Source of the DNA: Methanotrichaceae archaeon | GTDB lineage: Archaea > Halobacteriota > Methanosarcinia > Methanotrichales > Methanotrichaceae | Length of the DNA stretch: 64,000 bases | Direction: 5' to 3' | NCBI GenBank assembly: GCA_963813075.1 | Contig: CAWEXU010000031.1 | Span: 5,481 to 69,480 of the forward strand | Shown here: one piece after another, positions 55,297-64,000 of the stretch | Numbering within the stretch: the stretch's first letter is position 1 | How the letters are laid out: every line of letters starts with the position of its first letter | Position numbers and translations under genes: made by a program | Notes under the pieces: generated by a model | What the model was told of the DNA's origin: nothing | Seen by the model: the letters and a program-made list of their open reading frames with translations, nothing else | The model's database searches: none

Positions 55297-56193
55297 TCAA
55301 ATAATAAAATAATACATTAATGACGCCGCCACTGGAATGACGATATTATCGTTGACCTTCAAGGGGAGCGACTCAATGATGCTCGACAGGAGAACAATGG
55401 CCAGGGTCCCAACAGTTGGCATCACCAAAAAAGCGCCCATCGCCCCCGCGGCAAAACCGATCGTTCCCTCAACGGTCTTGCCCCGGTTCCAGGGCATCTT
55501 ATGTCTGCCATAGCTGCTTCCGACAAATGTGGCCAGGCCATCACCCAAAGCCAGTATGATGATAACGGCGATCGCTGCCGAAGGATGGTCTCTCAAGAGC
55601 CCCAGGGTGAAAAGGACTCCCAGGGCATTGTAGAGCGCCCCCTCTCCCGGAATCTCCCCCTCCCGGCCCACATTCTCCACCCATTCCTTCATCCCCGGTA
55701 CCTTTACCCCGGATGCACTCAGATGAATGAGCAGGATCTCTGTGCAGGTCATCGAGAGGACAAAGACCGATGTCGCCCGGATGCCGAAAATCCAGATCAA
55801 AAGACATGTGGCCAGGTTGGAGGCGATGTGCAGCGCTTTTCTCTTCCCCTCGTCCTTTCTGCTCTTTTCCTTCCTCTCCCGGAAGACTATGGCCTCGGCA
55901 ATGGAATAACCCAGGCCGGCGATGGCAATAACCAGCCCCAGATCCAGCCACCAGCCCTCTGCACCTGAAACCTGGCAGCTGCCATAGATCAGACCCAGGA
56001 AATACAGCAGAGGAAATATCAAGTGCCCCAGAAGAGGAAACAGAATTGAGAAGACTCCACTCAGGGGCTCAATTCGATTGCCACCCCCAACACCTATGAA
56101 AATCTCCATGGCAGCGGCTATCAATGCTGCTGCCAGGATGCTGAAGAGGAGGAGCTTTAGGCGCTCGGTCGAGGTTGGATTGAAGGGAGACAA
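55297..56193 (-). CDS. Dolichol/phytol kinase-like (CTP-dependent) membrane protein
   Basis: RKALH, GDGLA..VG..YG, KTVEG, DN; likely TTG start after a GGTGA RBS. Confidence 0.8.
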   Translation of the reverse strand: MSPFNPTSTERLKLLLFSILAAALIAAAMEIFIGVGGGNRIEPLSGVFSILFPLLGHLIFPLLYFLGLIYGSCQVSGAEGWWLDLGLVIAIAGLGYSIAEAIVFRERKEKSRKDEGKRKALHIASNLATCLLIWIFGIRATSVFVLSMTCTEILLIHLSASGVKVPGMKEWVENVGREGEIPGEGALYNALGVLFTLGLLRDHPSAAIAVIIILALGDGLATFVGSSYGRHKMPWNRGKTVEGTIGFAAGAMGAFLVMPTVGTLAIVLLSSIIESLPLKVNDNIVIPVAASLMYYFII

Positions 56194-56369
56194 GGTCTCA
56201 CCTGATTGATATCGATGATCCGCTAATCGATAGCATGGATCGATGACCAGAAGCATAGCTTGCTGATCGACAGCGGGCAATTGACCCCGAGGTATATAAA
56301 GAGATGGTGTGGCTCTTCGCAGGCGTATGCAGTGTGAGTTCTAGTGGACGCACAACGAGCCATTTCAAC

Positions 56370-57694
56370 TCGCAGCAGCGCGGAGTCGCCATCGTTTACG
56401 GTGGGGAGGAGCGCGTACAAATATCTTCACTCAAGATAATCATATATAGCATTAGGTGAGTATACCAAATCATGCAGCTCACAAAGACCATTATCCTGAA
56501 ATTAGATGTACCGGATAATGATCTAGCAGAATTGCTAAAAGCGTTCTCCCAAGGCATGAATTATGCCTCGCAAATCGTGTTTGAAATCGGCAAGCCTGTT
56601 GGAAGTGGACTTATCCAAAAAGCCACTTACAAGCATCTGAGGAGCAATCTTGACCTGAAATCTCAGATGGCTTGCAATGTGGCTCGCCAGGTTTCGGGAG
56701 CTTACAAAACACTTCAGAGTCAGATCGACAAAAAGGAATCGGAATGGCAATTCCTCGATTTCGATCCAACCTCGGCTACATTCTCGTTTGAACGCGATTT
56801 TGGCTTATCCAAAGATACCTTGAGCATAACCACATTAGCGGGGCGCAGGAGATATAAGCTCTTGAATTACCAGTATGCTCAGAGATACTTAGACGGGTCT
56901 TGTAAATATCTGGCATCCAAGCTTTGTTTACACAAAAACGGAGCTTACTTTTTCCATTTGGCCTGTGCGAAGGATATTCCTGACAAGAATATAGTTGATG
57001 CATCCACTTTCATGGGTGTTGATGTCGGTATTAACTGTCTAGCGGTTGCATCTACCACGGACAAGCAATGCAAGTTCTTCGCAGGTGGTGAAATCAAGAA
57101 TCACCGAAACATCCGATCCAAGGAACGCCGGAGATTGCAGAAGGCAGGCGGTCGATATTTGGGCACTCGATCTTCTATGAGAACTCTTAGAAAAATAGCA
57201 GGTCGAGAGACACGGTTCATGACTGCCGTCAACCATAAGGTATCCAAGGATCTCATAGAATTTGCTATAGATAACGACGTTTCGGTAATAGGCATGGAAG
57301 ATTTGACGGGCATCAGGAAGAGAACGGGAAACAAAGTCTCTACAGAATTCAGGTACGAGCATAGCAGTTGGGCATTCAGGCAACTACAGGCTTTCGTGGA
57401 ATACAAAGCTAAAGAAGCCGGGATAGCGGTAATCTATGTAAATCCTGAATATACTTCCCAAACTTGCCCCAGATGTAACCACATCAGCCGAAATAACCGC
57501 TGCGGTGTAGCCTTCCGATGCGAAAAATGCGGTTACGAAACCCATGCCGACAGAGCTGGTGCTATGAACATAGAGCACCGAACACGAGACTTGAGGTATA
57601 TCCTGGAGTCTCAGGGCGGTAATGTCAGCCCGCCAGACGCGACACGACTTTTTGCGTAGTCGCAAGCCGCGCCCTTCAGGACGCGGTAGTTGAC
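56370..57694 (+). mobile_element. IS200/IS605-family (IS1341-type) element, tnpB only
   Basis: Left hairpin CCATCG-TTTA-CGGTGG (56389-56404), tnpB, right-end hairpin ending TAGTTGAC; left boundary approximate. Confidence 0.8.
56472..57659 (+). CDS. tnpB: TnpB RNA-guided endonuclease
   Basis: RuvC motifs GVDVG, MEDL, ADRAGAMNI; Zn finger CPRC/CEKC; YTSQ. Confidence 0.95.
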   Translation: MQLTKTIILKLDVPDNDLAELLKAFSQGMNYASQIVFEIGKPVGSGLIQKATYKHLRSNLDLKSQMACNVARQVSGAYKTLQSQIDKKESEWQFLDFDPTSATFSFERDFGLSKDTLSITTLAGRRRYKLLNYQYAQRYLDGSCKYLASKLCLHKNGAYFFHLACAKDIPDKNIVDASTFMGVDVGINCLAVASTTDKQCKFFAGGEIKNHRNIRSKERRRLQKAGGRYLGTRSSMRTLRKIAGRETRFMTAVNHKVSKDLIEFAIDNDVSVIGMEDLTGIRKRTGNKVSTEFRYEHSSWAFRQLQAFVEYKAKEAGIAVIYVNPEYTSQTCPRCNHISRNNRCGVAFRCEKCGYETHADRAGAMNIEHRTRDLRYILESQGGNVSPPDATRLFA

Positions 57695-57782
57695 TCAATA
57701 CATTTAAGATTGATCCAACAGATACTGAGGTCAGGTCGGCGAAGCAGGTTGTAAGGCCTGCATAATATCCTGGAGGAATCAA

Positions 57783-58226
57783 ATGCCGATATATATTGAT
57801 ATCAATAAATGCATTGGCTGCCGCACCTGTGAGGCAGCCTGCCAGATGGAGCACGGTGGTCAAGGACTCATCAATGTGCACTATGTGGAGGACCTGGCAG
57901 CCGTCCCCATCTTTTGTCATCACTGCGAGGAGGCTTGCTGCGTCACGGTCTGCTTCACCGGAGCCCTGTACAAAGATGGAGAGATCATCGCCTTTGATGC
58001 GGAGAAATGCACTGGATGCGGCCTGTGCACCTTTGCCTGTCCCTTCGGGGTGGTCTGGGCGGACAGGATCGCTCACAAGTGCGATCTCTGCCAGGAACGG
58101 AAGGGGGGACCGGCCTGCACCAGCGTCTGCCCGGCTAAAGCACTGTCAGTTGATTTTGATCTGGCATTGAGCAGGGCACGCGCGCTTACTGCTCGGGCAG
58201 CCGCGACTGCAAGAGGCGCAAGATGA
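57783..58226 (+). CDS. 4Fe-4S dicluster protein (formate dehydrogenase/hydrogenase beta-like)
   Basis: CIGCRTCE, CHHC..C..VC, CTGCGLC...CP, KCDLC. Confidence 0.92.
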   Translation: MPIYIDINKCIGCRTCEAACQMEHGGQGLINVHYVEDLAAVPIFCHHCEEACCVTVCFTGALYKDGEIIAFDAEKCTGCGLCTFACPFGVVWADRIAHKCDLCQERKGGPACTSVCPAKALSVDFDLALSRARALTARAAATARGAR

Positions 58227-58738
58227 TAAGAGTTGACACCAGTCTGTGCCTGGGCTGTCGTTCTTGCTTTAATGTCTGTCCCAGCCAGAATATAATCAGA
58301 AGCGAGACGGAGGGCAGGATAACGGTTCACTGGAAAAGTTGCAAAGAGGAGTGCGATCTGTGTGTGAAGATGTGCCCGGCCGAGGCTCTTACCCTGGTGC
58401 CCTGGGATGAAACGGAATCCGAGCGGGAGATATCCTTTGATCTGGTGGCCTGCAAGATCTGTGGATCGGGGTATGCCACTGAGTCCATGCTTAAGAGGAT
58501 TGAGTCCTCGCTACCAGCAGATATCCAGAAGGATGCAACAGGTCTTGATTGGATCCGGATCTGTCCGGTGTGCAGGCGCAATATAGAGGCAGAGAGGTTG
58601 GTCCGGCTGGTCTTGCCAGGGAGAAGAAAGAACGATTGGAGATGCTCCTGGCATTTTCTCGCAGGGAAACGAGGTCTGTATCCGGGACGAATGCGGCTGC
58701 TGTACGACCTGATTGTATTCGCAGGGATGCGGATCTGA
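58223..58738 (+). CDS. 4Fe-4S ferredoxin-like protein
   Basis: CLGCRSC.NVCP, CDLC..MCP, CKIC, CPVC. Confidence 0.85.
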   Translation: MIRVDTSLCLGCRSCFNVCPSQNIIRSETEGRITVHWKSCKEECDLCVKMCPAEALTLVPWDETESEREISFDLVACKICGSGYATESMLKRIESSLPADIQKDATGLDWIRICPVCRRNIEAERLVRLVLPGRRKNDWRCSWHFLAGKRGLYPGRMRLLYDLIVFAGMRI

Positions 58739-58910
58739 GGCTGCAATCTTAAGGAAACAAGAACAAAGAAACGAAATAGAGATCTCGCCTGTCCTTCTTG
58801 CCCGGATCGTTTGCTCTCCTGCGTCTGTCTATCCCGAGCGCATTGATCAGTTCGCCTCAAACAAGGGTATTTATCTCGTGGGGTCAAGGGGTAGAGAAGA
58901 CCCCAGCCCT

Positions 58911-59051
58911 TCAGGGTGGGGATGAATCGTGCCCCTTGCAAGATTCCTCATCCAAGATCCTATTAATGATTGCATCATAGCTTTCTCCCTTCTTACCTAT
59001 CGATTTCAGGCGATCCCTCGTTTCAACCTTCAACTGTATGTTAGTGAACAT
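58911..59051 (-). CDS. 46-aa ribbon-helix-helix-like DNA-binding protein
   Basis: Hand translation MFTNIQLKVETRDRLKSIGKKGESYDAIINRILDE; TATA box about 22 nt upstream suggests a leaderless mRNA. Confidence 0.7.
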   Translation of the reverse strand: MFTNIQLKVETRDRLKSIGKKGESYDAIINRILDEESCKGHDSSPP

Positions 59052-59086
59052 AAGTCTTAAATAGTATCACATACTATATAAGCTTA

Positions 59087-59391
59087 GTTCCCCGATGCAC
59101 TCGGGCAACAGTCTTTCGCCTCTATGAGGTAGGGCACTCCGGATCTACCGGAGTAAGACGGTGAATGAAAGACAAATCGCTTTGCTCGGCATGATTCCTG
59201 TAAGGGGATGATCTGAGCCGAATGGAAAGATTCGGCAACAACGGCGTTAATATCTCCATGCAAAGCAGGTCGCCAGGGTAGAGAGAAATCTATGATCCCT
59301 CAGGACTTCGCTAGTCTTGTGTCAACCGGCCAAACGCGACACGACTTTTTGCGTAGTCGCAAGCCGCGCCCTTCAGGACGCGGTAGTTGAC
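59087..59391 (+). ncRNA. Putative ~300-nt structured RNA ending in an omega/reRNA-type right end
   Basis: No long ORF; several hairpins whose G-U pairs and GUAA loop favour the plus strand; TTAAATA box upstream. Confidence 0.6.
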
Positions 59392-59402
59392 GGATCGTCC
59401 GC

Positions 59403-60438
59403 ATGAGCAGGAGGACATCCATTAATGATATCTATGCTCCGGTGCTGATGGCGCTTCAGCCGCTTCTCATCACCACCCTCGGGTACAGTTATGTCCAGGC
59501 CGCTCTCCTCCCGGTGATGCACAGCCTGATATCCTCGCTGCTCCAGCCGATCTTCGGTAGCCTGGCTGACAAGCGGGGGTTTCGGGTCAGCGTGGCAGTC
59601 TCCATCCTCCTCGCCGGCTGTGGGATTGCCATTCTGGGACTGCTATCGGACCACTACCTGGCCATGCTCGGCTGCGTCGCAATCGCCTCTGTTGGCGCTG
59701 CAAGCTTCCATCCGGGTGCACTCTGCCTGGTAGCCTCGATTGCGGTATCAAGTAACCGGGGCCGTCTCACCTCGTTCTTTATTGTGGGCGGCAACCTCGG
59801 TCATGCTCTCGGCCCGATTCTTGCCGGCATAGTGATCACGGCTGGAGGCCTCCCTGCGGTAACCTGGCTTTTGATACCTGCGGTGATCGGCGCACTTCTC
59901 CTAATTGTCCGTCCGATCCCGGACACCTGCCCGGCGGCGGCACGACAGGCGGAGTCCGACGGCGAGGAGAACTGGAAGCCGGTGATCCTCCTATTCGCCG
60001 GTTCCACCCTCCGCTCCTGGGTCACCGTCGGGACTATGACCTTCCTGCCCACCTATCTTGTCCTGAACGGCTACCCTCTGCTTGAGGCAACATTCTTCAT
60101 CAGCGTCATGCTCTTAGCCGGGGTTGTCGGGCAGCTTGTCGGAGGCTACTATTCCGATCGGGTGGGCAGAAAATCGGTAGTTATCGCAACAACCCTGTGC
60201 TCAATCCCCGCTTTTGCCGCCATTCTCCTGACGAATGGTGCACTTCAGATTGCCCAAGATTGGCCTGATCTCGGGCCTCTTCATGGGTATCGCTATGGGC
60301 GCTGGCGGCCTGGGCGTATCGGTATCCAGCGCAATTGCTGACCAGTTCGGCCTGGCCGCCACCCTCTCTGCCTTCCCGCTTCTGATCCTTCTGGCAGCTC
60401 TTCTCTTTGCAGCCGTCGGATACCCGCGGAGGGTCTAG
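59403..60438 (+). pseudogene. MFS transporter (Fsr-like), frameshifted or internally deleted
   Basis: NDIY, QP.FG.LAD, FHP, GGNLG.ALGP, SDRVGRK; C-terminus in another frame. Confidence 0.8.
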
Positions 60439-60759
60439 AATCCCTTTTAATCTTCAATCGCTTTGGATTGTTCAGTTGGGATCACTGCACTATGTATCCT
60501 TCCAGATCAATTATTAAATCAATTCTTCATAAATATAATTGAAGATTTCTCCTTTATTCAAGCAAAAAGCCGATTAAAGGGCGATAACGGCTATAGAGAG
60601 CCTCTTTTTCACCGCAATAGATAAATACCCTGAAATTAAGAAATATATGGATCAGAGATCTATATTAGAGATCTATTATGGAGCGAGCGCCTGGGCTGTG
60701 AAACTCCATCAAGCTAGAGGCTTCTATAGTTCTGTCCATATCGATTTGGAGATGATTAT

Positions 60760-61080
60760 ATGATACTATGCGAATGCGGAGAGATTATAGGCGGTTCTAC
60801 TTTTAAAGATTATATCAAGACATCTGCAAATCCGTCAACCCCGACCATAGGACACAAAAAATGCGGCCATATATTCAACTTCATTGATGGAAAAATGCCC
60901 AAGAGATACTCCTCAAAGATCGAGCTGAAGAGCATCGCCATGAAGTTTGCGGAAAGTAATAAGATGAATATTGAAACCATCGAGAGCCTGCTCATAGAGA
61001 TTGACCGGTTAAAATCCTCGGGAAGGCTTTCCGATGGGGAGATACTTTCCCTGGCTATTAAAAAATATTATAAAATATAG
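60760..61080 (+). CDS. Small conserved-looking zinc-binding protein
   Basis: CECG...H..CG motif; co-oriented immediately upstream of the sheath gene. Confidence 0.7.
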   Translation: MILCECGEIIGGSTFKDYIKTSANPSTPTIGHKKCGHIFNFIDGKMPKRYSSKIELKSIAMKFAESNKMNIETIESLLIEIDRLKSSGRLSDGEILSLAIKKYYKI

Positions 61081-61093
61081 GAGAGGATAATGT

Positions 61094-63014
61094 ATGCCCC
61101 AACAGTTGACATATCCGGGAGTTTACATAGAAGAGGTCCCCAGCGGTGTGCGCACCATCACCGGTGTGGCAACTTCAATAGCAGCCTTCGTGGATAGCTT
61201 CAAACGTGGTCCCACAGATAAGGCGGTACAGATACTTGGCATGGCCGATTTTGAAAGAGAGTTTGGAGGACTGTATGCCTCAAGCGAGGGAAGCTATGCC
61301 ATACAGCAGTTCTTCCTCAATGGTGGCAGTGAGGCCTGGGTAGTAAGGGTGGTTCCAGACGATGCCGAAAGAGCCAGCGTCGATATCGCCACCAGTACCG
61401 CCGCTAGCTCAACTGCATTCACCGCCAGAGCCAAGAGCGAGGGTGAATGGGGCAATTCCATCCGGATCAGAGTGGACAATAAAACCCCGGTTCCCGGTGA
61501 ATTCAATCTCACTGTCCTGGAGTACATAACCATAGCAGGCCGGCCAGTGGTCGCAAAACAGGAGGTCTTCAGAAATCTATCTATGGATAGCACCAGAACC
61601 AACTTCCTGGGTACTGTGGTCAACGACACCATATCCGGCTCCAAGCTCATCGATATCATAGGACAAGGAATCACGCCGCCTCTTTCCAATGGAACCTTAT
61701 CTGGCGAGCACACCGAAAATCCCGTCCTGGCCCAGCCTCCACAACAATTCACTCTGACCATAGCAGATGGTTCCACCCACCAGACAGCAAACGCAATTCT
61801 TGACCTGCCCGAGGGTCCCGACAGCCCTGACCACCATTGCACCGGCTCTGGAATCGGCCATTCGTGCAGCCGCTCCGGCCAGTGCCTTCTATGCCGGTGC
61901 GAGCGTGAGCGTAGTAGGCAACAGACTGCTGGTCTTAGCAGGCCCGGGCAACCCGGCCAACCAGGTGTCCTTCCAGGACAATTCACTGGTCCAGGCTCTG
62001 AAGCTCAGCAATAATGCTTCCGTCAACCTCCAGGAATATATCCTCGGCAGGGACGCCATTGCTGGCACCGCCCAGAGAGCCGGGACGGAAGGCGAGAATG
62101 GATCCGATCCCATAACCGCCGGGAAGATAATAGGAGACCTCAATTCCAAGAGAGGAATATACGCCCTGGAGGACGTTCCCCTGTTCAACATCCTCTGCAT
62201 ACCCAGGGCCGCTCTTCTGGTTGCCGACCAGGCCAATGCAGTGATCACGGTATCAGAGAACTACTGCGAGACCAGGAGGGCTTTTTTCATCATGGACACC
62301 CCCCCTGGGATCATTGACATCCAGGGCATAAAGAACTGGCTGGACGCCAACAATAATCTCAGGAACAAGAATGCGGCTCTATACTACCCCCGGGTTATGA
62401 TCCCCGATCCCCTGAACGACTTCAGACTCCGGTCGGTGGGGGCAAGCGGCACCATAGCCGGCCTCTTTGCCCGGACGGACAGCTCCAGGGGCGTCTGGAA
62501 GGCACCGGCGGGAACAGATGCCACCCTGACAAATGTGCCGGCTTTGGAAGATATCCTTACTGACCTTGAGAACGGAGTCTTGAATCCGCTCGCCATTAAC
62601 TGTCTCCGGAACTTTCCCATATATGGCAATGTCTGCTGGGGAGCCAGAACCCTGGATGGGAGCGACCAGGAGGCTTCGGAGTGGAAGTACATCCCGGTCA
62701 GAAGGCTGGCCCTCTTCATTGAGGAGAGCCTCTTCCGGGGGACCCAGTGGGTCGTCTTTGAGCCCAACGATGAGCCTCTTTGGAGCCAGATTCGTCTGAA
62801 CATAGGTGCCTTCATGCACAACCTCTTCACTCAGGGGGCATTCCAGGGGTCAACTCCCAAGGAGGCCTATTTCGTCAAATGCGACAAGGAGACAACAACT
62901 CAGAATGACATCAATCTGGGTATAGTAAACATAGTTGTGGGCTTCGCCCCATTGAAGCCGGCGGAGTTTGTTGTGATAAAGCTGCAGCAGATGGCCGGGC
63001 AGATCCAGGCATAA
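61094..63014 (+). CDS. Contractile tail sheath protein, frameshift near 61810
   Basis: YPGVYIEEV, FFLNGG, RGVWKAPAG, WGARTL, VRRL, FEPN, PLKPAEFV. Confidence 0.93.
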
Positions 63015-63027
63015 GAGGTGACTAAGA

Positions 63028-63546
63028 ATGGTTCAGTTCAAGGTTAACCCCACCAGGTTCGACCCATACAAGAATTTCAAGTTTCTGGTGAAATTCGAGG
63101 GACAGACCAATCCAGTAGCAGGTATAAGCAAGGTGGGCGGTCTGAAGAGGACCACAGAGGTGGTAAAGCATAGAGAAGGAGGCGACCCCAGCAGCAGCCG
63201 CAAGTCCCCAGGCAGGACTGAGTACGAGGCTCTGACCCTTGAGCGTGGCGTCACCCATGACGCCGACTTTGAGGACTGGGCGATGAAGGTCTGGAACTTC
63301 GGCTCCGGTCTGGGCAGCGAGGTCTCATTGAAGGACTTCAGAAAAAACATCATAATAGAGCTCCTCAACGAGGCCGGCCAGGTGGCAATACGCTACAAGG
63401 TCTACCGGTGCTGGGTATCAGAATACCAGGCCATGCCGGACCTGGACGCCAATGCCAATGCTGTCGCCATCCAGAGCATTAAGCTGGAGAACGAGGGCTG
63501 GGAGAGAGACGAGGTCGAAGAGCCCCAGGAACCCACTATCACTTAA
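63028..63546 (+). CDS. Tail tube protein (T4 gp19-like)
   Basis: DPYKNFKF, REGG, PGRT.Y..LTLERGVT, LENEGW. Confidence 0.93.
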   Translation: MVQFKVNPTRFDPYKNFKFLVKFEGQTNPVAGISKVGGLKRTTEVVKHREGGDPSSSRKSPGRTEYEALTLERGVTHDADFEDWAMKVWNFGSGLGSEVSLKDFRKNIIIELLNEAGQVAIRYKVYRCWVSEYQAMPDLDANANAVAIQSIKLENEGWERDEVEEPQEPTIT

Positions 63547-63549
63547 GCC

Positions 63550-64000
63550 ATGCACCCTTTCTCATCGGAAGAGATATTGAGGGCCTGGGAACTGGGATTT
63601 GATCAGCATCCAATAGACAGAGCTCTGAAGATACTCTCCCTGGCAATGCCGGAAGAGGATATCGATAAACTGGCCCGGCTCACCATAGGCCAGAGGGATG
63701 CCCTCCTCCTCGCCCAGAGGGTAATAACCTTCGGCCAGTCAATGGGCATCTATACACAATGCCCAAAATGCGGTGCTCGACTGAATATACCCGTGCGAGG
63801 AGATGATATCTCCAGGGCTGGGGAGAAGGAAGAAAAGTTCAGTGGCACTCTCTCATCCGGCAGCTTTAGGGTCAGCTTCAGGCTCCCAGATAGCCTGGAT
63901 CTGGCAGCCGCTCTAAAATCTGCGGATATCTCATCGGCCAGGAGTTCCATGATCGAGCGCTGCATAACGAATGCCACCATGGATGGGCTCCCTGTCGATG
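63550..64000 (+). CDS. Baseplate hub/assembly protein of a contractile injection system, partial
   Basis: Hand translation: LRAWELG...IDRAL...LTIGQRDALLL..R..TFG......CPKCG...FRLP; runs off the window. Confidence 0.75.
   Translation, partial: MHPFSSEEILRAWELGFDQHPIDRALKILSLAMPEEDIDKLARLTIGQRDALLLAQRVITFGQSMGIYTQCPKCGARLNIPVRGDDISRAGEKEEKFSGTLSSGSFRVSFRLPDSLDLAAALKSADISSARSSMIERCITNATMDGLPVD

Larger units (their letters stand above)
58885..59391 (+). mobile_element. Non-autonomous IS200/IS605 derivative without tnpA or tnpB
   Basis: Left-end stem-loop 58885-58938; last 58 bp (59334-59391) identical to 57637-57694. Confidence 0.8.

Noticed and set aside
56300..56370. Fluoride riboswitch-like start (GAGATGG...CTC)
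   Set aside because: The downstream conserved CUGAUG element is absent and no fluoride-related gene is adjacent
56472..57659. Cas12f assignment
   Set aside because: No array; flanked by IS200/IS605 ends, so TnpB

Overview
The window is a composite of two unrelated genomes joined abruptly at about 17289/17290. Bases 1-17289 are eukaryotic, diatom-like repeat DNA: a LINE endonuclease fragment, microsatellites, a multi-ORF region around a Plavaka-type transposase, a gag-only Copia/CoDi LTR element and a truncated related Copia pol plus LTR. Bases 17290-64000 are archaeal, most like Methanothrix (Methanosarcinales). They contain a type I-D cas operon cut inside cas3 (no array in the window), a ~100-bp structured repeat bracketing small genes, transporters, a membrane-protein + CHAT/caspase-like protease module, an S8 protease, an S-layer protein, a TnpB element with a sister element carrying only a small DNA-binding ORF and a ~300-nt structured RNA, and the start of a contractile tail (eCIS-like) locus. 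Many genes carry single-base frameshifts, several in homopolymers, so pseudogene calls may be sequencing errors. All family calls come from motif recognition by eye; no database search was run.
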